DNA from: Macrostomum hystrix
Lineage: Eukaryota > Animalia > Platyhelminthes
Length of the DNA stretch: 64,000 nt
Direction: 5' to 3'
NCBI GenBank assembly: GCA_950097015.1
Contig: CATNEN010000005.1
Location: 1,364,001 to 1,428,000, forward strand
Shown here: piece after piece, positions 10,742 through 23,977 of the stretch
Layout of the letters: each line of letters opens with the position of its first letter
Position numbering within the stretch: the stretch's first letter is position 1
Made by a program: the position numbers and the translations under genes
Notes under the pieces: model-generated
What the model saw: the letters and a program-made list of their open reading frames with translations, nothing else
What the model was told of the DNA's origin: nothing
Databases searched by the model: none

Positions 10742-11800
10742 ACTTTGTCACTCCATCATTCACTCCTAACAATGGATTTTCACTCCATCAGTCACTCCGA
10801 ACACTGGATTGTCACTCCATCAGTCACTCCAAACACTGGATTGTCACTCCATCAGTCACTCCGAACACTGGATTGTCACTCCATCAGTCACTCCTAACAA
10901 TGGATTGTCACTTCATCAGTCACTCCAAACACTGGATTGTCACTCCATCAGTCACTCCAAACACTGGATTGTCACTCCATCAGTCACTCCTAACAATGGA
11001 TTGTCACTTCATCAGTCACTCCAAACACTGGATTGTCACTCCATCAGTCACTCCTAACAATGGATTGTCACTTCATCAGTCACTCCAAACACTGGATTGT
11101 CACTCCATCAGTCACTCCAAACACTGGATTGTCACTCCATCAGTCACTCCGAACACTGGATTGTCACTCCATCAGTCACTCCTAACAATGGATTGTCACT
11201 TCATCAGTCACTCCAAACACTGGATTGTCACTCCATCAGTCACTTCAAACACTGGATTGTCACTCCATCAGTCACTCCTAACAATGGATTTTCACTCCAT
11301 CAGTCACTCCGAACACTGGATTGTCACTCCATCAGTCACTCCAAACACTGGATTGTCACTCCATCAGTCACTCCGAACACTGGATTGTCACTCCATCAGT
11401 CACTCCTAACAATGGATTGTCACTTCATCAGTCACTCCAAACACTGGATTGTCACTCCATCAGTCACTTCAAACACTGGATTGTCACTCCATCAGTCACT
11501 CCTAACAATGGATTGTCACTTCATCAGTCACTCCAAACACTGGATTGTCACTCCATCAGTCACTCCAAACACTGGATTGTCACTCCATCAGTCACTTCAA
11601 ACACTGGATTGTCACTCCATCAGTCACTCCTAACAATGGATTGTCACTTCATCAGTCACTCCAAACACTGGATTGTCACTCCATCAGTCACTCCTAACAA
11701 TGGATTGTCACTCCATCAGTCACTCCAAACACTGGATTGTCACTCCATCAGTCACTTCAAACGCTGGATTGTCACTCCATCAGTCACTCCGAACACTGGA
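10742..11800. repeat. 32-bp minisatellite (TGGATTGTCACTCCATCAGTCACTCCAAACAC)
   Basis: About 33 tandem units upstream of Lhx3. Confidence 0.92.
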
Positions 11801-12086
11801 TCGTCATTCCCTTATCGCTCATTATCATTCACTCTTATTCTAATTTCTCCCAAGTCCAAATAACTCATGGTTGTTTTTTCATTGGCTGCTGAGGGCCAAC
11901 TTTTGAGGTTGCCAATCGTTTCCGGCGAATCAGAGAACAGCAAGCTATTCTCATAGCTAAAACGCTGCTGTATTCTCCGCTTGTTAAGTTTTTAGAGGCA
12001 TTTTTGTGCCTTGGAATTTTCAGTTTTCACTAGCATTTTCTGTGCCTAGCAGTAAATACTGTAATTATAGTCATAAAAACAGGGCC

Positions 12087-15000
12087 ATGCTCAATTGCGC
12101 CGGCTGTCACAAGCAAATATTTGATCAGTATTTGCTCAGTGTGCTCAACCAGTCCTGGCATATCGCCTGCCTGCGATGCCACGACTGCGGCCAGGGACTC
12201 AGCGAGCGCTGCTTCAGCAGAGACGGCCGGCTCTACTGTCGGGCTGACTTCTTCAGGTTGGTGCCTGCTCTAGGTGCTATTGTTGTTGGAGCCTAGGACT
12301 GGGAGGTCCGGAGTTCGAATCTATGACATGACTGAATCCCCTCACTCCCATCTCTTCCGCTCTCATCTCTCCTTCTCCCATCTCTCCCTCTCCCATCTCT
12401 TCCTCTCCCATCTCTCCCTCTCCCATCTCTCCCTCTCCCATCTCTCTCTCCCATCTCTCCCTCTCCCATCTCTCCCTCTCCCATCTCTCCCTCTCCCATC
12501 TCTCCCTCTCCCATCTCTCCCTCTCCCATCCCTCCCTCTCCCATCCCTCCCTCTCCCATCTCTCCTTTCGATCTCGCCTCAATCCCAAAAATGACCTATT
12601 ATATCCTCACAAAACTAAATTGTAAATGTCCATCCCCAATTCAACATTGAGCAGGCGTTTCGGCACCAAGTGCTCCGGCTGCTCGCAGGGCATCTCGCCA
12701 AGCGACCTGGTGAGGCGGACCAGCTGCGGCCGAGTCTACCACCTGAAATGCTTTACCTGTGCTGTCTGCTGGAAACAGCTAGCAACAGGAGACCAGCTGC
12801 TGCTCATCGAGGGTGGAAGAAGATTCGTCTGCAAAGCTGACTGCGGCGTAGCTGCTGCTGCTGCGCCTTCTAAAAAGCAGCCATCAGGTGAGTCTCAACA
12901 CATATCAGATCCTCAGGATCGGGTCAAGATAATCCCAGATCCTCTGGATTGGATTATGATAATCCCAGATCCTCTGGATTGGATCATGATAATCCCAGAT
13001 CCTCAGGATTGGGTCATGATAATCCCAGATCCTCTGGATTGGATCATGATAATCCCAGATCCTCAGGATTGGATCATGATAATCCCAGATCCTCAGGATT
13101 GGGTCATGATAATCCCAGATCCTCAGGATTGGATCATGATAATCCCAGATCCTCAGGATTGGATCATGATCATCCCAGATCCTCAGGATTGGATCATGAT
13201 CATCCCAGATCCTCAGGATTGGATCATGATCATCCCAGATCCTCAGGATTGGATCATGATCATCCCAGATCCTCAGGATTGGATCATGATCATCCCAGAT
13301 CCTCAGGATTGGATCATGATCATCCCAGATCCTCAGGATTGGATCATGATCATCCCAGATCCTCAGGATTGGATCATGATCATCCCAGATCCTCAGGATT
13401 GGATCATGATCATCCCAGATCCTCAGGATTGGATCATGATAATCCCAGATCCTCAGGATTGGATCATGATCATCCCAGATCCTCAGGATTGGATCATGAT
13501 CATCCCAGATCCTCAGGATCGGATCATGATCATCCCAGATCCTCAGGATTGGATCATGATCATCCCAGATCCTCTGGATTGGATCATGATCATCCCAGAT
13601 CCTCAGGATTGGATCATGATCATCCCAGATCCTCTGGATTGGATCATGATCATCCCAGATCCTCAGGATTGGATCATGATCATCCCAGATCCTCAGGATT
13701 GGATCATGATAATCCCAGATCCTCTGGATTAGATCATGATAATCCCAGATCCTCTGGATTGGATCATGATAATCCCAGATCCTCTGGATTGGATCATGAT
13801 AATCCCAGATCCTCTGGATTGGATCATGATAATCCCAGATCCTCAGGATTGGATTATGATAATCCCAGATCGTGAATAGGGTTAATTCACGACCCTCAAA
13901 TTTTAATAAATTGTTATTTTAGATCAAAGTAACTTTCTTAGAATCCCATTTCTAAGGTCAACATTTTTCTTAGAATCACCAAGTCGAGTCTCTCAGTTCC
14001 CATGATCATGTCATTGCTTGCCCCCCCCCCAGATACGCAGACTAAATCTCTTCTTTACACAGTTTGCAAAATAATAGAATATTAGCAACTGAATTTGCGT
14101 CATAGTAACGAAGCAAAAATTTCTTAGCTAAATAACCCTCAACAGGTTTTTTGTAGCACTTGCATAACACCTTAATCCGAGTGTCAAAGGGTGTTTCTTT
14201 CTGTCTGTGCTCAGTATTTTTCTGGGCAGTTTACTATGCCAATTTTAGCTATAAGAATGCTCTTGTGAGCATGGCAACTAGAGCTTAAAGTAGGCTCAAC
14301 CAGACAGACACTGATATATTCCAATGCCCCTGTGTTGCTTCAGATAAACACACAAAAGGTGTCACCAGGTCGGCAGTGATACTTAAAGCAAACAGACAAA
14401 GAGCCAGTAAAGAGAAAGATAATTTAAACAGAAATCTAGATTGAAGAATAGTTTGAGTAAAAGCGTTTGAGATTGAGTATGGGAACTCATTTTGGAACAC
14501 TTCAAATCAATTATTATATTCTATAATTAGTTAGCAACACCTAGCTAAAGTCAGTGATATTAAAAAAACACTTTAGGATCTTTAGCGTTCTCAAATTTCA
14601 TTCTCATAGTATTGTAGAGATTTTGAGCACACAACTAACACAGGTGTGTACATCTGCCCTGACTTTCTCATCTCATGCGGATTCGAGCTTTGGACCGCTT
14701 TGTAGCGTCGAGAGACAATTGCTTTTTTATGTCGAATATTTCTGTCGCATCACTTGAAATAATATGACAAGTCCAGGTTTATTGTGTTTACTTTTTTAGT
14801 CTTAATTCTCACATAGCCCAGGGGGACTCACAGTTGCGTCATGATCACAAAGAAATTTGATTACAATTATATTTTAGTTTTAACTATACAAGTGCCGACT
14901 GGCCATAACACTTCGATGAGTTTGTTAAAGAAAATATTTGATTTCTTCTGGGACATTGTCAAAAAAGCAAGACTAGCTATTACTGTACAGTCTGAGCTGA

Positions 15001-18000
15001 AGTTTACGGAAAATATATGGAATGAGTAAATTTTAAAAGGAGATTTAAATTTCATTTCAGTGTGTGGAAGAGGTTGCTAATTCACAGCAGCATCATCTTA
15101 TTATAATATATTTATATGGCCTCTTCTTCTTAAAAGAAAATTACCCAACCAGTCTAGGAGAATAATAAATATTCTTATCTGCTTAGGCAGTAAGTCATTG
15201 GAAGAATTTCTTTTATGCGAACGAGTGCGTGAGGTTAATAAATATATGGCAAGACTATCAATTAGTTATATAATAATATTATATATAGTTTACGATATTT
15301 TACACGAAATTTCGATATAAAGAAATGTGAAAATGAAACGATTCACAGATTCTGATAGTTGATGTAACACGGTGACACAACCATAGAGCACCGGAAGGTT
15401 GGGTCTAAATTCAGCTGCTAAAATCACTGCCCTAGGGAGTTGGGTATGCGGCTAAAAAATGATTGATCAGACAATGCCATCGATTCAACTACTGATGTCT
15501 TTTGCGGCACGCAAACTGCATCTGCTAGTGACAGCTCTTGATAGAGTTGGCGATTGCTGTGTAGCAGATTGTGGGACTGCGGCTTCAGGGAATTTTGCTC
15601 GGATACTAGTTAGAGAATAGGATAAGACTTAGGGACAGGGCGAGAGGAAAGGGCGAGAGGACAGGGTGAAATGGACTGGGCGAGAGACAGCGGGAGAGAG
15701 ACAGTGAGAGAGACAGTGAGAGTGAGAGAGACAGTGAGAGTGAGAGAGACAGTGAGAGTGAGAGAGACAGTGAGAGAGACAGTGAGAGTGAGAGAGACAG
15801 TGAGAGTGAGAGAGACAGTGAGAGTGAGAGAGATAGTGAGAGTGAGAGAGACAGTGAGAGTGAGAGAGACAGTGAGAGTGAGAGAGACAGTGAGAGTGAG
15901 AGAGACAGTGAGAGTGAGAGAGACATTGAGAGTGAGAGAGACATTGAGAGTGAGAGAGACAGTGAGAGTGAGAGAGACAGTGAGAGAGACAGTGAGAGTG
16001 GGAGAGACAGTGAGAGTGGGAGAGACAGTGAGAGTGAGAGAGACAGTGAGAGTGAGAGAGGCAGTGAGAGTGAGAGAGACAATGAGAGTGAGAGAGACAT
16101 TGAGAGTGAGAGAGACATTGAGAGTGAGAGAGACAGTGAGAGTGAGAGAGACAGTGAGAGAGACAGTGAGAGTGGGAGAGACAGTGAGAGTGGGAGAGAC
16201 AGTGAGAGTGAGAGAGACAGTGAGAGAGACAGTGAGAGTGAGAGAGACAGTGAGAGTGAGAGAGACAGTGAGAGTGAGAGAGACAGTGAGAGTGAGAGAG
16301 ACAGTGAGAGTGAGAGAGACAGTGAGAGAGACAGTGAGAGTGAGAGAGACAGTGAGAGTGAGAGAGACAGTGAGAGAGGCAGTGAGAGTGAGAGAGACAG
16401 TGAGAGAGACAGTGAGAGTGAGAGAGGCAGTGAGAGTGAAAGAGACAGTGAGAGAGACAGTGAGAGTGGGAGAGACAGTGAGAGTGGGAGAGACAGGAGA
16501 GACAGGGAGAGAGAGTGAGAGGGAGATAGTGAAAGAGTGACAGTAGAGGGAGACTGTTGAAAGAGTGACAGTAGAGGGAGACTGTTGAAAGAGTGACAGT
16601 ATTGGGAGACTGTTGAAAGAGTGACAGTAGTGGGAGACTGTTGAAAGAGTGACAGTAGAGGGAGACTGTTGAAAGAGTGACAGTAGAGGGAGACTGTTGA
16701 AAGAGTGACAGTAGAGGGAGACTGTTGAAAGAGTGACAGTAGAGGGAGACTGTTGAAAGAGTGACAGTGGAGGGAGATAAGATAAGAGTAACGGGGTGAG
16801 ACACGGGTGATATAAGGGGTAAGATGGACAGATGGGTGATCAGCTGTGTCCAATACCGCAGTATAATATATTCTCATAAATTCTCATAATATAGTCGGCA
16901 TGAAAATAAAATCAATAGCGACTGTTTTCCAGCGCCAGACTATACATACTTGAGTGTCAATAGCGGCTGACAAGTCTAGGCTAGCCGGTCTGCATTTTAA
17001 GAAGGCTTGTATATAAGGTGCTTGTGTCGGATTAAGGCACTCTGTTCAGCATGTATTTCTGTATGTATTTTATGAATAGACATATGCTATAACTTGTAGA
17101 AAATTATTGCTGCAAAAAATATTCTGTAAGAACTGTGTGTTTCTCTTTTCTCGCTTCCGGTGGAAATTTGGCATTTTTGACAAAAAACAGAAGCAAATGA
17201 ATGTCTGCATAAATTATGCTAATTCGTTTATACTCTTACGTGAAAATAGTTTTGCTGGTCCCGAGCTCGAATCCGCGCCAAGGCCATTTGAGAGTGCACA
17301 CTGCCTTACGATGAATGAAAAAGTAATTAAAAATGCTATGAATTCAATTCTAGATTTTAACAGGTCCCAAAAACTCGATGGACCTATCGATGCAACGGAC
17401 CAGAAGCAGTTAGCTGTCAGATCAAGCTGTCGGTCAACTAGCTTTCGACACAATGAGCCAGAAGAGGTTAAAAGAAGCTATGAGAAAATTGACAGCGTGA
17501 ACGAGCTGGAGGAAACGAAACAAGAAGAAGACAATGACGATGAGGAAATATTCTACGCCGATGAAGCTGACGACAATCACAGCGGCGAGGATCCAGAAGC
17601 TGATCTCGATGACGACACTGCCAGTAGAGCTTCAATGGCTGTCGCATCTTCTGCCGCCGCAGCAGCCGCCGCAGCCTCAGCTAGTAGCAAGCGTCGAGGT
17701 CCACGGACAACCATCAAAGCCAAGCAGCTGGAGACTTTGAAGTCGGCTTTCGCGGCGACGCCGAAGCCAACTAGACACATTCGAGAGCAGCTGGCACAGG
17801 AGACTGGTCTCAACATGAGGGTGATTCAGGTCACTATCGCTCACTATCTACATAGATCTAGCCGTGTGCTCTGTGCGCTTAGATACTATCTAGATACAAG
17901 TACATACCATCTAGCTACAAGTACCATCTAGATACAAGTAGATACCATCTAGATACAAGTAGATACCATCTAGATACAAGTAGATACCATCTAGATACAA

Positions 18001-21000
18001 GTAGATACCATCTAGATACAAGTAGATACCATCTAGATACAAGTAGATACCATCTAGATACAAGTAGATACCATCTAGATACAAGTAGATACCATCTAGA
18101 TACAAGTAGATACCATCTAGATACAAGTAGATACCATCTAGATACAAGTAGATACCATCTAGATACAAGTAGATACCATCTAGATACAAGTAGATACCAT
18201 CTAGATACAAGTAGATACCATCTAGATACAAGTAGATACCATCTAGATACAAGTAGATACCATCTAGATACAAGTAGATACCATCTAGATACAAGTAGAT
18301 ACCATCTAGATACAAGTAGATACCATCTAGCTACAACCCTACAAGTAGATACCATCTAGATACAAGTAGATACCATCTAGATACAAGTAGATACCATCTA
18401 GATACAAGTAGATACCATCTAGATACAAGTAAATACTACCTGGATACGCAGAAATACTATCTAGATTCATAATGTCTAGGTACTAGGTGATTGCAATATT
18501 GTAATCTTGACAAGCAACACCAATAAATAATGCATCGGCAATTTTTTAGAGATTTACACACACATTTATTTAGGTCATATCAGACCGACTAAGGCATTAA
18601 CGTTTTTGATAGCAGATGGATAGCTAGTTCCTGTTTGGTTAGTTAGAAACTGAAGTAAATAAAGTATGCATCAACTGGCTGTTCTCAAATTTCTCAAACC
18701 CTTGAGGATTAGCTGGCTAACACGGTGTATGACAGGGCTGTTTAGTTCAAACAGGGTTTGAAATTTCATAGCATCTAGCTTATGCGCTTTCACAGCTTCT
18801 AAGCAGTTTCGGCCATAGACTAAAGACTAAATTCGAATTAATTAAAAGTGCCAACGCGGTTGCAGGTTTGGTTTCAAAATCGGCGGAGCAAGGAACGCCG
18901 GCTGAAGCACCTCAACGCACTGGGTGCCAGGCGGGGATTTTTTAGGAACTCGAGGCGATTCAGGACAATGCGAAATGGCGAGCTTGTTATGGCTGCTCAC
19001 GATGGGGAAAGCGGCGGCCTTATGTCCTTCGCCGGCGGATATTTCGGTTGGTAACATTGTGCTTTAAGTGTGGACCCACTTTTCCTCGTTGACCCATCTT
19101 CCCCGTTGACCCACTTTTCCCCGTTGACCCATCTTCCCCGTTGATCCATCTTCTCATTCTCACACTTGACCCATTCTCATGCTTGACTCATTCTCATAGT
19201 TGACCCATTCTCATAGTTGACTCATTCTCATAGTTGACTCATTCTCATAGTTGACTCATTCTCATAGCTGACTCATTCTCATACTTGACTCATTCTCATA
19301 CTTGACTCATTCTCATAGCTGACTCATTCTCATACTTGACTCATTCTCATAGTTGACTCATTCTCATAGTTGACTCATTCTCATACTTGACTCATTCTCA
19401 TATCTGACTCATTCTCATACTTGACTCATTCTCATAGTTGACTCATTCTCATACTTGACTCATTCTCATAGCTGACTCATTCTCATACTTGACTCATTCT
19501 CATAGTTGACTCATTCTCAGACTTGACTCATTCTGATAGTTGACCCATTCGACTTGTTGACCCATTCTCATGCTTGACTCATTCTCATAGTTGACCCATT
19601 CTCATAGTTGACTCATTCTCATACTTGACTCATTCTCATACTTGACTCATTCTCATAGCTGACTCATTCTCATAGTTGACTCATTCTCATAGTTGACTCA
19701 TTCTCATACTTGACTCATTCTCATAGTTGACTCATTCTCATAGTTGACTCATTCTCATAGCTGACTCATTCTCATACTTGACTCATTCTCATACTTGACT
19801 CATTCTCATACTTGACTCATTCTCATACTTGACTCATTCTCATACTTGACTCATTCTCATAGTTGACTCATTCGACTTGTTGACCCATTCTCATAGTTGA
19901 CTCATTCTCATAGTTGACTCATTCTCATAGCTGACTCATTCTCATACTTGACTCATTCTCATACTTGACTCCTTCTCATACTTGACTCATTCTCATACTT
20001 GACTCATTCTCATACTTGACTCATTCTCATACTTGACTCATTCTCATACTTGACTCATTCTCATAGTTGACTCATTCTCAGACTTGACTCATTCTGATAG
20101 TTGACCCATTCGACTTGTTGACCCATTCTCATACTTGACTCATTCTCATAGTTGACCCATTCTCATAGTTGACCCATTCTCACATTTGACCTATTTTCCC
20201 TGCTGACCCATCCACCTAGTTGAGCCATTTCCCTTGCTGACCCATTTTATCCAATGAATAATTTAACTTGTTAAACCGTAGTTTTCGCAAATAAATGTTC
20301 CTTTTCATGCAGTACATCCTTGACCCACACTATCATCCAACACCTCAGATGGGTCAAACTACTTCTCTAGCTTCCATCCGGCTCAATTTTACCAAGCCGC
20401 CGCCGCCGCCGCAGCCGCAGCCGCCGCCGCTTCAGCAGCGTCAGTCGACTCAATGCACCCGACAACTTCATCTGCACTTCTGGGAATTCCCTGTATGAGC
20501 GATTTGTTTATCGATTTGTTAAGCTTTTGACCCATCGACTTATAAATCACTCTACTTATTGACTCATGACTCATTGACCCACTGATTCACTGACCCATTG
20601 ACTCACTGACCCATTGACCTACTGACCCATTGACCTACTGACCCATTGACTCACTGACCCATTGACCTACTGACCAATAGACTCACTGACCCATTGACTC
20701 ACTGACCCATTGACCTACTGACCCATTGACCTACTGACCCATTGACTCACTGACCCATTGACCTACTGACCAATTGACTCACTGACCCATTGACCTATTG
20801 ACCCATTGACTCACTGACCCATTGACTCACTGACCCATTAACTCACTGACCCATTGACCTATTGACCCATTGACTCACTGACCCATTGACTCACTGACCC
20901 ATTGACTCACTGACCCATAGAATCCTTGACCCAAAATTTTTAGGCTCCCAGACAGACAGCACAGGCAGTGACAGTCGCCAGCAAGTCTACTGTCCTCTGT

Positions 21001-21167
21001 CTGAAATCGGTCAAATTGCCCAGCAACCGTTGCTGCCGATGTCCCGAGACTCAAGCCGGTCCATGGGAGCAGACAGTGTTGAAGAGTCCAACAGATTGAG
21101 CACTGCTCAAAGAATTCAGTCTACTTCAAACTCGCAGCAGCTGTGCAGCCCCATCGAAACTTGGTGA
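12087..21167 (+). CDS. LHX3: LIM-homeobox transcription factor, Lhx3/4 (Lim3) class; about 475 aa in 6 exons
   Basis: Exons 12087-12256 (LIM1), 12655-12887 (LIM2), 17354-17829, 18866-19046, 20349-20492 and 20944-21167. All GT-AG, phases consistent, 1428 nt in total. Homeodomain [47 protein letters not shown]|[14 protein letters not shown] is the Lhx3/4 signature. The last two exons are less certain. Confidence 0.92.
12340..12565. repeat. 15-bp CT-rich minisatellite
   Basis: CTCTCCCATCTCTCC units in Lhx3 intron 1. Confidence 0.9.
12905..13872. repeat. 30-bp minisatellite (GATCCTCAGGATTGGATCATGATCATCCCA)
   Basis: About 32 units starting just after the Lhx3 exon 2 donor. Confidence 0.95.
15670..16775. 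repeat. 18-bp (GAGAGACAGTGAGAGTGA) array followed by a 28-bp (AAAGAGTGACAGTAGAGGGAGACTGTTG) array
   Basis: Tandem units in Lhx3 intron 2. Confidence 0.92.
17880..18470. repeat. 21-bp minisatellite (CCATCTAGATACAAGTAGATA)
   Basis: Near-perfect units in the homeodomain intron. Confidence 0.95.
19070..20250. repeat. 17-bp minisatellite (TGACTCATTCTCATAGT)
   Basis: Tandem units in Lhx3 intron 4. Confidence 0.92.
20555..20930. repeat. 16-bp minisatellite (ACTGACCCATTGACTC)
   Basis: Tandem units in Lhx3 intron 5. Confidence 0.9.
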
Positions 21168-21797
21168 TTTTCCTGCCACAGTTTTGTGAAAAAGAGATTG
21201 AACAGAATACGGTTTCTCTAATGAAAATGTTTAGTGATCATTTGTCGTCTAGAAAAAATATATTCATGTATTTAACAATGATAAAGTATCACAGAGCTCA
21301 CGCGTATTACTAGTATCCAAAAAAACATGTGCAATGTCTTCGTGACACCTGTGGTAACACTACCACATAATAGTGACTTTGCACAATAAATTTTGACCTA
21401 TTGTTGCTGTAGTGTTAATTACTTTATTGTCTAGTGTTGAGAATCTTCATTTTAACTTTTTGCCTTCCTTTATAGCGTACCATCGTATCTACCCTCCCTG
21501 TCTTATCTACCCTCCCTGCCTTATCTACCCTCCCTGCCTTATCTACCCTCCCTGCCTTATCTACCCTCCCTGGCTTATCTACATTCCCTGTCTTATCTAC
21601 CCTCCCTGTCTTATCTACATTCCCTGTCTTATCTACCCTCCCTGCCTTATCTACATTCCCTGTCTTATCTACCCTCCCTGCCTTATCTACATTCCCTGTC
21701 TTATCTACCCTCCCTGTCTTATCTACATTCCCTGTCTTATCTACATTCCCTGTCTTATCTACCCTCCCTGCCTTATCTACCCTCCCTCCCTTATCTA

Positions 21798-23173
21798 CGA
21801 GGGGTGTCCAAAAAGTAGTGATACTTTTGCTCGTATAGCCTTACTGCATGCTTGAAAATCAGCAAGTTTGGTGTTGTTGGAAAGCGAAAAATATCAGCTT
21901 TAATTTGACTGCAAACATTTAACAAAAAGACAACCTATAACAAAGTTATGAATAGAAACACACAACAAGGTCAGCCATAGAGTTACAATGAATTTATGCA
22001 TGGTGTAACAGGTCAAGAAGTTTCGACAGTTAGTACGACTCATCATCATCAGGGAGGGAAGCTTTCTCCACATAATTACCCCCCGATTGCACGCACTTCT
22101 TCCAGCGACGAAACAAGCTTACAATCGCATCTGCGTAGATCTGTGGTGGGTCGGAACCCTTCAGTGTCCACACTTTAGACTCTTGCTTTGTCGGCGGGTC
22201 AAAATGTGGAACCCACGTCTCGTCGCCAGTAACAATCAACTGGCGGAACTGATTCCAGCCACCGCGTTGACTTACCAGATTCAGGTTCCCTTGGCATGTC
22301 TGCTGGCGCTGCAGTCGCATATCAGCAGTGAGGAGCTTTGGGACCCAGCGGGCGCTCAGCTTAACGAAGTTCATATTGGTCAGGCATAGATGAACCGTTG
22401 ATCGTGGGGTGTCGAGTCTGTCAGCAATCTCACGAATTGTCATTCTGCAGTCTTCTTCCAGCAGATCAAGAATCCGGTCAGCCAAAGCCTTTGAGCTTGG
22501 TGTAGATGGCCTTCCTGGCCTTGGCAAGTCAGCCAAATTTGTTCTTCCTGACTCAAATTGCTCGACCCATCTGTACACCGTCATGCGACTTACTGCTTCG
22601 GCTCCGTGAATGCTGCACAGATGATGGTAAATCTCCTGTCCACTTTTCCCAATACTCCATAGTGTGTGAATTGCGTGTCGCTGTCCTTCCTTTGAGCGCA
22701 CGTCCGTAACTGTCAGTTGAACAGAATCTGGTCTTGAAAAAGCAAGCACTTGTGAAAGAAAAATGAGCTGGCAGTGCAGAAGCAGGCAGGCAGGCAGAAG
22801 CAAGCTGGCAGTGCAAAGAAGACTTAGCCACAATTTTACCACAGACCAAAAAGCAACCCTCGTACGCTCGTAAATTGCTACCCCAGTATTTATTGGTTTA
22901 CATTTATTGATTTGTTAAGCTCTAAAGCTTCATGAATCTTTGAGGCAGATAAAAACTCAACAAAGTCAACCATACAGTATTTTTGTAAGTCTATGAGCAA
23001 CCCTTGCTCAAATAGACAGTGATAACTTTTTTTAAAAACAACATATGAGGATGATTTTTTAGTCAAATTAAAGCTGATATTTTTCGCTTTCCAACAACAC
23101 CAAACTTGCTGATTTTCAAGCATGCAGTAAGGCTATACGAGCAAAAGTATCACTACTTTTTGGACACCCCTCG
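21798..23173 (-). mobile_element. Tc1/mariner (mariner-type) DNA transposon, internally deleted; 113-bp TIRs, TA target duplication
   Basis: TIRs 21798-21910 and 23061-23173 are perfect reverse complements; TA at 21796-97 and 23174-75; inserted in an 18-bp minisatellite. Confidence 0.96.
22030..22707 (-). pseudogene. Mariner transposase with in-frame loss of most of the catalytic domain
   Basis: HTH region (TVYRWVEQF, PRPGRP), WVPKLL and IVTGDETW are present. KGSDPP joins directly to the C-terminal YADAIVSLFRRWKKCVQSGGNYVEK. No second or third catalytic Asp; no AUG at the expected start. Confidence 0.88.
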
Positions 23174-23977
23174 TACATTCCCTCCCTTATCTACATTCCC
23201 TGTCTTATTTACCCTCCCTGTCTTATCTACCCTCCCTGCCTTATCTACCCTCCCTGTCTTATCTACCCTCCCTCCCTTATCTACATTCCCTGTCTTATCT
23301 ACCCTCCCTGCCTTATCTACCCTCCATGCCTTATCTACCCTCCCTGTCTTATCTACCCTCCCTGCCTTATCTACCCTCCCTGTCTTATTTACCTTCCCTG
23401 TCTTATCTACCATCCCTGTCTTATCTACCATCCCTGTCTTATCTACCCTCCCTGTCTTATCTACCATCCCTGTCTTATCTACCCTCCCTGTCTTATCTAC
23501 CCTCCCTGCCTTATCTACCCTCCCTGCCTTATCTACCCTCCCTGCCTTATCTACCCTCCCTCCCTTATCTACCCTCCCTGTCTTATCTACCCTCCCTGCC
23601 TTATCTACCCTCCCTGTCTTATCTACCCTCCCTGTCTTATCTACCCTCCCTGTGTTATCTACCCTCCCTGTCTTATCTACCCTCCCTCCCTTATCTACCC
23701 TCCCTGTCTTATCTACCCTCCCTCCCTTATCTACAATTCCTGTCTTATCTACCCTCCCTGTCTTATCTACCCTCCCTGCCTTATCTACCCTCCCTCCCTT
23801 ATCTACATTCCCTGCCTTATCTACCCTCACTGTCTTATCTACCCTCCCTGCCTTATCTACCCTCCCTGTCTTATCTACCCTCCCTGCCTTATCTACCCTC
23901 CCTGTCTTATCTACCCTCCCTGTCTTATCTCCCATCCCTGTCTTATCTACCCTCCCTCCCTAATCTACCCTCCCTCA

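Larger units (their letters stand above)
21485..23975. repeat. 18-bp minisatellite (TTATCTACCCTCCCTGTC) interrupted by the mariner
   Basis: Same unit at 21485-21797 and 23174-23975. Confidence 0.92.

Noticed and set aside
12949-16877. Long repetitive ORFs ([22 protein letters not shown]) and similar ORFs at 5741-6378, 10809-11863, 23106-24021, 50776-51540 and 52197-53120
   Set aside because: These are translations of stop-free intronic or intergenic minisatellites, open in several frames, with no splice support and no synonymous bias.
17107-17353. N-terminal part of the 274-aa ORF as Lhx3 coding sequence
   Set aside because: Phase matching with exon 2 puts the acceptor at 17353, so the upstream part is intronic read-through.
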